A DNA stretch of 32,000 nucleotides from Candidatus Minimicrobia sp. QA0096 (GCF_963967315.1 NZ_OZ017288.1:330001-362000); one strand, 5' to 3'; positions 1 through 9,701 are shown, counted from the stretch's first letter. A program made the numbers and translations. The notes: generated from the sequence alone by a model not told the origin.

Positions 1-89
1 GTTCGCTGACCAGCAAATTGCATAATTCGATCTTGCCTGGGATTAAGACCGCTAGTTTCAAGATCGTAAAAGAAAAATGTTTGCGCCAT
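1..89 (-). CDS. DEDD-family 3'-5' exonuclease (exonuclease I / DnaQ-like). Only the N-terminal 29 codons are present; the gene runs off the window start.
   Basis: The reverse complement of 1-89 reads MAQTFFFYDLETSGLNPRQDRIMQFAGQR. The YDLETSGL...I.QFA segment is the Exo I (DxE) motif of DEDD exonucleases. It is absent from the ORF track because it is truncated. Confidence 0.55.
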   Translation of the reverse strand, partial: MAQTFFFYDLETSGLNPRQDRIMQFAGQR

Positions 90-95
90 ATTTAT

Positions 96-104
96 ATTAT
101 ACCA
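96..104 (-). promoter_or_regulatory. Extended -10 promoter element for the exonuclease gene
   Basis: The minus strand reads TGGTATAAT, then 6 nt (ataaat), then the ATG at 89. No SD lies in between. Confidence 0.5.
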
Positions 105-135
105 TCAAGCTCACGCTAATTTACACCAGCAGAAT

Positions 136-1500
<1,365 letters not shown>

Positions 1501-1523
1501 TTACTCTGGTGTCATTTTAAATT

Positions 1524-2720
1524 TTAGTGAATGAAGTTATAGCGACCAGCCTCAGCAAGCGGCACGATGCGAGAAGAGATAATATTATAACCCGCATAAT
1601 TCATATCTGAAACATAGATATTCTGACCATCTACTCGTTCCACGATACCGACGTGTCCATAGCCATAGCCACCCCAAACATTCTGTATAATAGCACCCGG
1701 CGCTGGAACATTGTTAACCACGAGCCCAGCAGCACGAGCACTAGCACTCCAAGCCTTAGCATGACCCCAGAAACTACCAATTGGACGACCCAACTGCAAA
1801 CGACGCTCGTATGCATACCAAGTACAGTTACCAGCCGCATAGCGGTTACCGACAGAAGCGGTCAACCAACTTCGACTCGCACTCGTAGTAGTCGACGACG
1901 AAGAATATCGATTGCCATATGACCTACTTCGCGAAGCAACATAACCAGGTCGCTCATTTTCCGGAAGCTCACCTCCAGGCAATACAATTCTAGAGCCAAT
2001 AGACAGCTTAGCACCGTCATCGATATCATTGTATAGGACAACACGCTCAGCGCTCGTCTTATACTTTTCTGCCAGAGATTGGGCAGTATCGCCGTCTTTA
2101 ACAGTATAGACAACACCGTCAACAAGAGGCACAACTAGAGTCTTATTCGGCTCTACGGCGTCCGAAGTTGTATTATTAGCCCAACGAAGCGTCTGAGATG
2201 AAATCTTAAACTTCTTAGCAATAGACTCAATCGTATCACCCTCTTTGGTCACGTAAGATGAAATACCACGCGCCGCCGAAGTGTCTGGCTTAACAATGTC
2301 AGGTTTTGTTATAACTTCTGCATCATTCTGAGAAAGACTCTTCTTAATTGTTAGTGAAGTTTCAGACTCGCGTAAATCACCAGCCGAAGGCAATTCCGCC
2401 GTTTCCGCCAAGTTAGTTACAGCATTAGCTGCTGCCAATTCATCTACTGAAGCTGTTTTAGACTTAGCAGACTTAGATACCGATGAAACACCAGTAGTTT
2501 CAGATGATGCCAAAGTTTTTGATCTTTCAGCGGATACATTACTACCACTATTGCCGTAGATCAAAAATGATATAGTCAATAAAAATATTCCACCGTAGAT
2601 TGCAAATGATTGCAGTTTACGTTTTTTACTCCGAAGAGATGTAAAATGGTTACGAATAATCGTTCTCCTTGTGTTGATGTTACCATCAGCACTTCTACCA
2701 AATTGTCTTTCTTCTCGCAA
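1524..2720 (-). CDS. Secreted or membrane-anchored peptidoglycan hydrolase: N-terminal TM helix, 2 LysM domains, C-terminal CHAP amidase/peptidase domain
   Basis: TM helix is FAIYGGIFLLTISFLIYG. LysM repeats are YVTKEGDTIESIAKKFKISSQTLRWANN and YTVKDGDTAQSLAEKYKTSAERVVLYNDI. The CHAP core is GNCTWYAYERR...GHVGIVERV...YVSDMNY (Cys/His). The start is uncertain: the ORF-track start at 2720 is TTG, and there is no ATG or GTG before the TM helix. Confidence 0.85.
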   Translation of the reverse strand: MREERQFGRSADGNINTRRTIIRNHFTSLRSKKRKLQSFAIYGGIFLLTISFLIYGNSGSNVSAERSKTLASSETTGVSSVSKSAKSKTASVDELAAANAVTNLAETAELPSAGDLRESETSLTIKKSLSQNDAEVITKPDIVKPDTSAARGISSYVTKEGDTIESIAKKFKISSQTLRWANNTTSDAVEPNKTLVVPLVDGVVYTVKDGDTAQSLAEKYKTSAERVVLYNDIDDGAKLSIGSRIVLPGGELPENERPGYVASRSRSYGNRYSSSSTTTSASRSWLTASVGNRYAAGNCTWYAYERRLQLGRPIGSFWGHAKAWSASARAAGLVVNNVPAPGAIIQNVWGGYGYGHVGIVERVDGQNIYVSDMNYAGYNIISSRIVPLAEAGRYNFIH

Positions 2721-2856
2721 TAGAACAGGATATGTTGTCGACCTAATTGATTATTATTATTCTACATTAGTTTTGCTATATCCGTAGCGACAATTTTGGC
2801 AGGTCATTTATCGTAATTCACCCCTGTTGATAAATTAGACAAATGATCTAACATCT

Positions 2857-2886
2857 ATTTTACACAACATTGACAATAAAGTCAAT
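2857..2886 (-). promoter_or_regulatory. Canonical sigma70-type promoter with an overlapping inverted repeat, upstream of the LysM-CHAP gene
   Basis: The minus strand reads TTGACT (2885..2880), a 17-nt spacer, then TAAAAT (2862..2857). The dyad ATTGAC-N6-GTCAAT (2869-2886) overlaps the -35. This predicts a leader of about 130 nt. Confidence 0.45.
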
Positions 2887-2909
2887 AAATTTTATAAAAT
2901 GCGTTTTTG

Positions 2910-3986
2910 TCAAGAAATCTGACACTTCTTTTGACAGTGAGCCTTGACATTAGCCTCGTGCTCTTCGTTGGTTTTTGCAAAATACGTAATATCATCGTCG
3001 CCGCTCAGGAAATATAGATAATCAGAGTTTATCGGGTCGGCAGCGGCGTTCAACGCGCTCAAACTAGGCGAAGCGATTGGCCCAGGAGTTAGACCTTTTT
3101 GGATGCGTGTATTATATGGCGACTTAAGGTTCGGCGAGCGCTCTACCCCTGTTTTGTCAGCAATATATTGATATGTTACGTCAGAGCCTAGCGGCATATT
3201 GGCTTTCAGGCGATTGTAAAATACGCTAGCAATCTTACGTTGATCTTCACAAGTTTCCGCACCAGACCCGCAGCCAATCGATTCGCGCTGAATAATCGAC
3301 GCTAGTGCTATCCCTTGATATAAGGTCAGCCCACGAGCTTTAAATTTCTCCTCCAGATTATATTTCTTAACAATTTTCTCCAGATGATCAATTGAGCGCT
3401 GCAAAACCTGTTCTGCAGTTTCGTCTGGGGAAATATAGAATGTTTCACCGTAAATATACCCTTCAAGCCCAGCATTTTCCGGTCTACCCGCAAAAACTAG
3501 ACTGTCATACTTAGCAGCAAATGCCTTTTTTATCTGATCATCCGAGAATCCCGCCTTAAGCAACACAGATTCAACTTCTCTGCCGTCAGAATTCTTCATT
3601 TTTTTATTCAAAGTCGATCCAGGATAAAATGTTATAGCAATCTCATCAGTTTTACCGCTGGTCAAATGATTAATTATCTCATCGACAGATTGTGAAGCTT
3701 TTACAGAATAAACGCCAGCTTTGAATTTGCTTGCCGAATTATGAAGCCTTGTGTAAATAGAAAATGCTAAAGAGTTTTTGATAATTTTATTATCCTCTAA
3801 AGTTTTGGCAATATCACTAGATCCCATACCTTCTTTAATATTAACTCTGAAGGCTTTCTGGCTATTTACGTCGGCAGGAGAAAGCATCTGCTTATACCAC
3901 ACTGTTGCCCCGAGAGCGCCGATTCCAGCGATAGCCACAACTATTGACAACACCAATAACCAAATACGTTGTTTACGAATTTTCAT
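2910..3986 (-). CDS. mltG: Endolytic murein transglycosylase MltG (YceG family)
   Basis: N-terminal TM helix. The catalytic-Glu region is LASIIQRES. The C-terminal signature is SDYLYFLSGDDDITYFAKTNEEHEANV. SD GGAGGAG lies 4 nt before the ATG. Confidence 0.9.
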   Translation of the reverse strand: MKIRKQRIWLLVLSIVVAIAGIGALGATVWYKQMLSPADVNSQKAFRVNIKEGMGSSDIAKTLEDNKIIKNSLAFSIYTRLHNSASKFKAGVYSVKASQSVDEIINHLTSGKTDEIAITFYPGSTLNKKMKNSDGREVESVLLKAGFSDDQIKKAFAAKYDSLVFAGRPENAGLEGYIYGETFYISPDETAEQVLQRSIDHLEKIVKKYNLEEKFKARGLTLYQGIALASIIQRESIGCGSGAETCEDQRKIASVFYNRLKANMPLGSDVTYQYIADKTGVERSPNLKSPYNTRIQKGLTPGPIASPSLSALNAAADPINSDYLYFLSGDDDITYFAKTNEEHEANVKAHCQKKCQIS

Positions 3987-4386
3987 AATTCTCCTCCAAA
4001 AAATCCTGCAAAATTATGCTAGCAGCCTCCGCATCAATCTCGCCCTTATCTTTAATTTTATTACCCAATCTTTGCTCAGCCTGCACACTTGTTAAAGATT
4101 CGTCCTGAAAAACAATCTCAGTATCAAGCTCAATATCTTCAAATTGCTTAACAAATTCTTCTACAAATTCCGTCTGTTTCGTTGGTTCGCCAGATTGGTT
4201 TCGTGGATATCCCACTACGATCGTATCAATATCGTGCCTCAATACTAACTCTGTTATTTCCTGGACGATATTTTCATTATTCTCCAACCAACCGAACGGC
4301 ACGGCGATCTTCACTTGCAAATCCGCCATAGCCAAACCAATTCGCCGCGACCCAACATCTAGCGCTAAGAAGTTTTTACTTGACAT
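3973..4386 (-). CDS. ruvX: YqgF/RuvX putative pre-16S rRNA nuclease / Holliday-junction-resolvase-like protein
   Basis: 137 aa. Contains LALDVGSRRIGLAMAD (RNase H-like fold, catalytic Asp) and VVGYPRNQSG. It overlaps mltG by 14 nt. Confidence 0.9.
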   Translation of the reverse strand: MSSKNFLALDVGSRRIGLAMADLQVKIAVPFGWLENNENIVQEITELVLRHDIDTIVVGYPRNQSGEPTKQTEFVEEFVKQFEDIELDTEIVFQDESLTSVQAEQRLGNKIKDKGEIDAEAASIILQDFLEENYENS

Positions 4387-6007
4387 CTTTTATCTTAAAC
4401 TCGACATTAATCTTATTGATATCTTTTGGAACAGATTTAACCCAGAATGGCGAGAATTTAACATCGACATCTTCAACACCTTCGATAGATTCAATAGCAG
4501 ACTGAACCTCTCCGTAACTCTTGCCTTTGGCTTGATCCTTTACGTTCGCTTCTTTAATATCTGGACCAACCTTGCCATTCGTAGTTAAGCGCACAGTCTG
4601 TGTATTATGCGCCTTAGAAAATTGCGAGAACGCAACCTTACTTACTCCATTGTCATAAATTCTCTGCGACTTCTTACCAGAAATCTCCTCTTTAAGCTTT
4701 GCTTCTACAAAGTTTTTTAGCTCATTCTTATCAATAGCCAACGCGCTGGCGGTAATTGTCGATTTTAGAGTTACAGCTCCAGTCGCTTCGCCATCTACCG
4801 CTACACTTGAGCTAGGATCTGATCGATTTTCAACGTAGCTTTCCGCTATAACCGTTGCCGAATCGCCGAATGATGACAACAATTGCTCTTTTAATCCATC
4901 GATCTTCTTTTCGCTCAGTTTGCTTTTCGCCGATTCTATATCACTAGCCGTCACAACCGTTGCAGTTTTATCGGTGCCGCCACTAGTAGCAGACCGCAGC
5001 GACGCAGAAATGTCATCAACCGAAATGCTCATACTACCAGTTGCCGCATTATACTGAGCCCCGCCCTCACTGGCGGTAATAGACCCAGAAGCAGATCCCG
5101 GACATTTATATCCTGGACAACTCCAACCCAACGTAGCCCCTGGAACAGTCACAGAAGAATTCAAAGTATAAGATAGTCCACTATTTTTCAAAATTGTGCC
5201 AGCTGAAATAGTCACACTACTTGACGATGAGTTACTGAAGACAACTACTCCAGTAGCTTTTTCTCCTACATTCTTCTTACCCGTAGCGGAAAATTCAACA
5301 CTAACTTCCTTTGCTAATTCTTTCTTTACAGACTTGATAACATTAGATTTAGCGTTCGTAGCAGCACTTTCGCTTAAACTAACCGTATCACTAACCGTCA
5401 TGCTGGTAGTTTTTGCAGAAATAACAACTGTAGCATGCGGCGCAAACCAAATTGCCCAAACCAAAAATACGATCAAAAGTAAGGTACCACCGCCTATCAA
5501 TAAGAACTTCTTACGAAATGTATTAAAATCAGGAACTTTCGGTTTTTTAACCATCTTTTTCAGAGAGCCTAACCCCTTAGGCTCCTTCTTGTTTGCGTCA
5601 GCTATAACATTATCTACGGCAGAGTCTTCATCGGATTTCTTTGATCTTTTCGCAGAATCCGCCATATCTCCAACCGCCAGTTTGCCGCCATCAATCACAT
5701 CATTGTCGTCATCAACTTTCAGAACTGGAATCTCCGCAATTTCTGGCTTGCTCTGAAGTGTTTTTGCGATCGGAATTTTCGCCGTTGCCGCCAACCCAGC
5801 CAAAACCGAATCGTTCGTGATTAATACAATTCTCTTATCCGCCGAAGTTGCCGCCCGAGCTAGTAATCGAATATTGACCGCACTCTGTAAAACGCCAATT
5901 CTTCGAGGCGGCACTAACGCAATAATCCTCTCTTTCGACGCCTTAATCTTACTAATTATCGTCGTAATGTCGTCTTCTACATCGATATAAATAACGTCTT
6001 TATTCAT
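4376..6007 (-). CDS. Hypothetical bitopic membrane protein (543 aa): conserved cytoplasmic N-domain, one TM helix, Ser/Thr-rich ectodomain
   Basis: Long ORF with no competing frame. The N-domain is VIYIDVEDDITTIISKIKASKERIIALVPPRR...IVLITNDSVLAGLA. The TM helix is FLLIGGGTLLLIVFLVWAIWF. The ectodomain contains CPGYKCPG. The start sits 1 nt after the ftsA-like stop, and the stop overlaps ruvX by 11 nt. I recognise no family with confidence. Confidence 0.8.
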   Translation of the reverse strand: MNKDVIYIDVEDDITTIISKIKASKERIIALVPPRRIGVLQSAVNIRLLARAATSADKRIVLITNDSVLAGLAATAKIPIAKTLQSKPEIAEIPVLKVDDDNDVIDGGKLAVGDMADSAKRSKKSDEDSAVDNVIADANKKEPKGLGSLKKMVKKPKVPDFNTFRKKFLLIGGGTLLLIVFLVWAIWFAPHATVVISAKTTSMTVSDTVSLSESAATNAKSNVIKSVKKELAKEVSVEFSATGKKNVGEKATGVVVFSNSSSSSVTISAGTILKNSGLSYTLNSSVTVPGATLGWSCPGYKCPGSASGSITASEGGAQYNAATGSMSISVDDISASLRSATSGGTDKTATVVTASDIESAKSKLSEKKIDGLKEQLLSSFGDSATVIAESYVENRSDPSSSVAVDGEATGAVTLKSTITASALAIDKNELKNFVEAKLKEEISGKKSQRIYDNGVSKVAFSQFSKAHNTQTVRLTTNGKVGPDIKEANVKDQAKGKSYGEVQSAIESIEGVEDVDVKFSPFWVKSVPKDINKINVEFKIKDVK

Positions 6008-6008
6008 T

Positions 6009-7271
6009 TTAAATCTTTAACAACCTATTTACTTTTTCAACTAAACTATTACCGTCTTGGCTACCGATAATTGTATCGTATCCAACTCGCAACAAGCCCA
6101 TTGCGGTTACAAATGTGTGATCGCTAATATCTCCGGTTTCGTCAACTATTCCTGTAATATCGCTTGGATTGATATATTGAACTACTGGTTTCTTAGTAAA
6201 AGGCAGGTCTTCTGGCCAGCGTCGAGTTTTCAGAGCTTCAGTAATTTTTTGCAAGCTTGATCCGCCGCCACACAGTAAAATCCTATTCGGCAAATAATCG
6301 ACATTATCAAAATCGCTCAGCGCCAATTCAACACCCGATAGCCAAACTTCCAAAGTCTTATCGATCGCCGCGTCAACTTTTTTCTTTACGCTAGGCTTCA
6401 AATTCTCATTATCAATATTCAGCTTCAACTTTTCTGCATCTTTGAAACTTAAATCCAGGTCAGCCGCAATAGTTCTAGTGAAACTTCGTCCACCAATACC
6501 AAACATCTTTGTGCCTTCGACTCCGCCGTCATTAACAACTGCAATATCCGTCGTGCCACCACCAATGTCCGCTAGAATCGCCGTGAAATTGCTATCCGTA
6601 TCCGATCCTAAAACGCTCCTACTCACTGCAAATGGCTCAGCAGCCACAGCCACTAAATCCAGCGCAAGCTCGTCAGCAACCTTCTCCAGCGCGCCAATAT
6701 GAACCATCGGAGCAAACGCCGTGTAAATCTGCACCGCCACATCTCGCCCTTGAAAACTAATCGGATTTGAAACTTTATAGCCATCAATATGAATACTCAC
6801 CAACGCCGAGTTAACCAGCTTCACCTCAACATCTTCATTGCCAGTTTCTAGTGCAATTTGAGCCTGAGCCTTTCCCTGGGCTCGCTCCTGAACTTTCTCA
6901 ATAATGAACTCCATCTCGGCAATGTCTAATGGCTTATTCGGCTGTGGCCTACGATAGCGAATAGTATTCGTAACGCCCTTAACTAATTCGCCCGCGATAC
7001 CAATAACGACTCGCTTACCCTGAACGCCAGCTTGATCCTCAGCTTCAGATAGAGCCTCTTCGCAATTCGCTACAACACCAGCAATATCAGCAATCGCACC
7101 GCTGTGCATATCGCCCATTTCCTGCTGTTTTCGACCAACGCCGATAATCTTCAGCTCGTCGTCTTTAACTTCGGCGATCAACGCCTTAACCACTTCCGTA
7201 CCAATATCTAAGCTAACCAATAGTTCGCGACTATCTTTATCAGACTTCTTCAACATGTCTTTCAATGCCAT
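6009..7271 (-). CDS. Actin/Hsp70-fold ATPase of the FtsA type (FtsA-like cell-division or cytoskeletal protein)
   Basis: Phosphate-1 is SLDIGTEVVKA, phosphate-2 is ADIGGGTTDIAVV and the adenosine motif is LLCGGGSSL. There is an FtsA-like inserted subdomain (VSIHIDGYKVSNPISFQGRDV). A possible C-terminal amphipathic helix is SLVEKVNRLLKI. No ftsZ or ftsQ is adjacent, so orthology to canonical ftsA is unresolved. Confidence 0.75.
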   Translation of the reverse strand: MALKDMLKKSDKDSRELLVSLDIGTEVVKALIAEVKDDELKIIGVGRKQQEMGDMHSGAIADIAGVVANCEEALSEAEDQAGVQGKRVVIGIAGELVKGVTNTIRYRRPQPNKPLDIAEMEFIIEKVQERAQGKAQAQIALETGNEDVEVKLVNSALVSIHIDGYKVSNPISFQGRDVAVQIYTAFAPMVHIGALEKVADELALDLVAVAAEPFAVSRSVLGSDTDSNFTAILADIGGGTTDIAVVNDGGVEGTKMFGIGGRSFTRTIAADLDLSFKDAEKLKLNIDNENLKPSVKKKVDAAIDKTLEVWLSGVELALSDFDNVDYLPNRILLCGGGSSLQKITEALKTRRWPEDLPFTKKPVVQYINPSDITGIVDETGDISDHTFVTAMGLLRVGYDTIIGSQDGNSLVEKVNRLLKI

Positions 7272-7280
7272 ATAATAAAT

Positions 7281-7286
7281 ATTATA
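7281..7286 (-). promoter_or_regulatory. -10 box for the ftsA-like gene
   Basis: The minus strand reads TATAAT, then 9 nt (atttattat), then the ATG at 7271. No SD. Confidence 0.4.
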
Positions 7287-7320
7287 TAACGCTTGTGATT
7301 TTAGAGCAACAGTTAATTAT

Positions 7321-9204
7321 CTATCTTAAAACAGCCTTGATTCGACGAATTCCAGCCGAACTAGATTCTTCTTTGGTGATTTTGAATCGCTTGCCATCTT
7401 CAGACAAAACTCCAGTGTGTTCGACGTGTGGACCGCCGCAAACTTCAAAGCTAACAATGTTACCATCCTTGCCAATGGAATAGACCTTAACCTCATCACC
7501 GTAACGCTCACCGAATGCACCAATTGCCCCCATGCTCAATGCCTCGTCGGTCGGATAAACAGCAAAGCTAACTGGCAAATCTTCATCAATCCAAGCGTTA
7601 ACTTGATCTTCGACCGCCTGTTTTTCCTCAGGTGTCAATTTGTCGTGATTAAAATCAAAGCGCAATCGATCAGCGGTAATATTACTTCCGTGCTGCTGTA
7701 AATCTGGCGCATTCAAAACCTTACGTAACGCCGCACCCAACAAATGCGTCGCCGTGTGATATTTCAGATGAATAGAGTCGTGACCTTCCAAGCCGCCGCT
7801 GAATTGCCCCTTGCGAGCCGTCTTAGAGCGCTGTCGCTGCTCATTCATTTTCGCGGTAAATTCCTCGCGCCAATTATCCGAAAGCTTAATTCCTTGTTTA
7901 TATGCCTCTTCCGTACTGAGTTCCACTGGGAAGCCGAAAGTGTCGTACAAAGTGAACAATTCTTCACCAGTCAAGCCATCGTCAATGTAGCGCTGCATTT
8001 GTCGCAAACCTTTTCTCAAAGTCTGGCGAAAAGCTTTTTCTTCCTTAACGAGGACAGCAATTATATTATCACGGCTATTCTTCACCTCTGGAAAATCAGC
8101 CTCGTACAAATCAGCAATCGTCGGCACAACTTCTTGCAGGAAATTCTGCTCGATCCCCAAGTCAAAACTATAACGAATTGCCCGACGGAGCAGACGACGC
8201 ATCACATAGCCCTGCTCTTTATTACTTGGCACACACCCATCAACCGCCATAAACGTCGCAGCCCTCAAATGATCAGCAATCACTCGCATACTTTCGGTGT
8301 GTGAAGCGTAATCCTTGCCACTCAGATCTTGCAGTTTTTCAACAATTGGCCACATCAAGCTAATCTTGAAGACATCAGGATCATTATTTGTTGCAGCTGC
8401 GATTCGCTCAAGTCCAGATCCATGGTCAATATTTGGCTTATCAAGTGGCTCAAATTTGCCCTCGGCAACTTTTTTATACGCCATAAATACGTTATTGCCA
8501 ATCTCCATAAATCGACCGCAATCACAGTTCGGATGACAATTTTCACCAAATTTTGGATCATGCTCAATGAAATCAAACTCATAAAACATTTCGCTATCTG
8601 GACCACACGGATCACCAATTGGAGTAGTTTCTGGACCACCATTACGGCTCCACCAGTTTTTACTACCATCATAAAAGAAAATTCTTTCGCCCGGATTTAT
8701 ACCGCGAGATGCACCTTGCTCCTCGCTGCCGATATCTGCCATTTTTGCGTCAATACCTTTTTCCGCAAACTTTTTCTGCCACAATTTAGCCGCTTCAACA
8801 TCTTTTTCAATATTATATTCTGGCGCACCAATAAAACAAGTTACATATAACTTCTGAGGATCAAGACCAATCTCCTCGGTTAAGAATGTCCACATCCAAC
8901 CAATTTGCTCTTCCTTAAAATAGTCGCCCAAACTCCAGTTTCCAAGCATCTCAAAAAACGTTGTATGACGATTGTCGCCAATATCGTCGATGTCCTGCGC
9001 TCGCAAACACGTTTGAGAATCGGCAATTCTTTTGCCTTTGGGATGCGCCTCACCAAGCAAGTACGGAATCATCGGCTGCATTCCGGCGCCCGTAAATAAA
9101 GTCGTCGGATCATTAGTTAAAATCAACGGCGCACGCTCAACAACGGCGTGACCCTGTTTTTTATAAAATTCAAGATATTTACTACGTATTTTTTGGGCAT
9201 TCAT
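7321..9204 (-). CDS. alaS: Alanine--tRNA ligase, short form lacking the C-Ala domain
   Basis: The class II catalytic core is FTGAGMQP...FFEMLGNWSLGDYFK. Editing-domain motifs are HTATHLL (HxxxH) and CGGPHVEHTG (CxxxH). The protein ends about 35 aa after CxxxH. I place the start at the ATG at 9204 (MNAQKIRSKYLEFYKK). The ORF-track extension to 9234 runs through the alaS -10 box and the rpsP terminator. Confidence 0.93.
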   Translation of the reverse strand: MNAQKIRSKYLEFYKKQGHAVVERAPLILTNDPTTLFTGAGMQPMIPYLLGEAHPKGKRIADSQTCLRAQDIDDIGDNRHTTFFEMLGNWSLGDYFKEEQIGWMWTFLTEEIGLDPQKLYVTCFIGAPEYNIEKDVEAAKLWQKKFAEKGIDAKMADIGSEEQGASRGINPGERIFFYDGSKNWWSRNGGPETTPIGDPCGPDSEMFYEFDFIEHDPKFGENCHPNCDCGRFMEIGNNVFMAYKKVAEGKFEPLDKPNIDHGSGLERIAAATNNDPDVFKISLMWPIVEKLQDLSGKDYASHTESMRVIADHLRAATFMAVDGCVPSNKEQGYVMRRLLRRAIRYSFDLGIEQNFLQEVVPTIADLYEADFPEVKNSRDNIIAVLVKEEKAFRQTLRKGLRQMQRYIDDGLTGEELFTLYDTFGFPVELSTEEAYKQGIKLSDNWREEFTAKMNEQRQRSKTARKGQFSGGLEGHDSIHLKYHTATHLLGAALRKVLNAPDLQQHGSNITADRLRFDFNHDKLTPEEKQAVEDQVNAWIDEDLPVSFAVYPTDEALSMGAIGAFGERYGDEVKVYSIGKDGNIVSFEVCGGPHVEHTGVLSEDGKRFKITKEESSSAGIRRIKAVLR

Positions 9205-9211
9205 GAGTGTA

Positions 9212-9220
9212 ATTATACCA
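9212..9220 (-). promoter_or_regulatory. Extended -10 promoter element for alaS
   Basis: The minus strand reads TGGTATAAT, then 7 nt (tacactc), then the ATG at 9204. Confidence 0.55.
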
Positions 9221-9249
9221 TAAAATAACCCCACCTTACAGATGGGGTT
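9221..9249 (-). terminator. Intrinsic terminator after rpsP
   Basis: Minus-strand RNA is AACCCCA-ucuguaagg-UGGGGUU followed by AUUUUAU. The stem pairs 9227-9233 with 9243-9249. It abuts the alaS -10 box. Confidence 0.6.
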
Positions 9250-9277
9250 TATAGATCAAATTGCCAATCTCAACAAA

Positions 9278-9625
9278 TTATTCAGCTACTTCTTCAGCTG
9301 GCTCTTCTTTTGGTTGATTCTTGCGAAGTTTTTCTGGATTACGGATGGCTTTGTGCTTGTCAGCGGAAACTTCCTTAACCCACTTTGGCAATTTAACGCC
9401 AGCTTCTTTCAATAACTTAACTACGCGTGGTGTTGGCTGTGCGCCATTGTCCAAATATTTCTGAGCCAATTCAACTTGGATATTTGATTCTTTAGTGTGT
9501 GGATTGTAGCTACCGACATAAGCGACTACACGACCACTTGATGGATGACGATGTGCTTCTTGTACCGCCAAGCGATATACTGGATAACCTTTGCGACCCA
9601 AACGTTGCAAACGAATTGCTAGCAT
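9278..9625 (-). CDS. rpsP: 30S ribosomal protein S16 with a Lys/Glu-rich C-terminal extension
   Basis: MLAIRLQRLGRKGYPVYRLAVQEA is the canonical S16 N-terminus. AAGGAAG SD lies about 11 nt upstream. The gene is monocistronic: it has its own terminator, and no rimM/trmD/rplS follows. Confidence 0.95.
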   Translation of the reverse strand: MLAIRLQRLGRKGYPVYRLAVQEAHRHPSSGRVVAYVGSYNPHTKESNIQVELAQKYLDNGAQPTPRVVKLLKEAGVKLPKWVKEVSADKHKAIRNPEKLRKNQPKEEPAEEVAE

Positions 9626-9701
9626 AAATTTAATTCTTCCTTTAACTCTACGTTTTATTATTCCTTACTTTAGAACAGTTTACACTATTTTTCCTATAAC
9701 G

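Noticed and set aside
2889-2900. AT-only palindrome ATTTTATAAAAT just downstream of the mltG stop, considered as a terminator.
   Set aside because: A pure A/T 12-mer would form no stable hairpin, and no GC stem is present. mltG probably lacks an intrinsic terminator.
5196-5756. 186-aa plus-strand ORF. Similar long antisense ORFs occur at 7744-8304, 8329-8850, 10913-11335, 16389-16793, 16933-17331, 18263-18583, 22308-22739 and 24560-25294.
   Set aside because: Each lies entirely inside a well-supported minus-strand gene with recognisable motifs. Their products are low-complexity or hydrophobic mirror translations with no motifs, no promoter or SD context, and no independent stop/start architecture.
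9205-9234. N-terminal extensions in the ORF track: alaS to 9234, pyk to 25663, folD to 31228, and the small ORF from 26176.
   Set aside because: The extensions run through -10 boxes, and for alaS through a terminator hairpin as well. They add non-conserved residues ahead of canonical N-termini. Internal ATGs at 9204, 25588, 31201 and 26233 fit the recurrent -10/spacer pattern.
9205-9277. T-box or other leader-based regulation upstream of alaS, and of metG at 15614-15641.
   Set aside because: The intergenic spaces are only 73 and 28 nt. They are filled by a terminator and/or a -10 box 7 nt from the start codon, so there is no room for a ~200-nt T-box leader.
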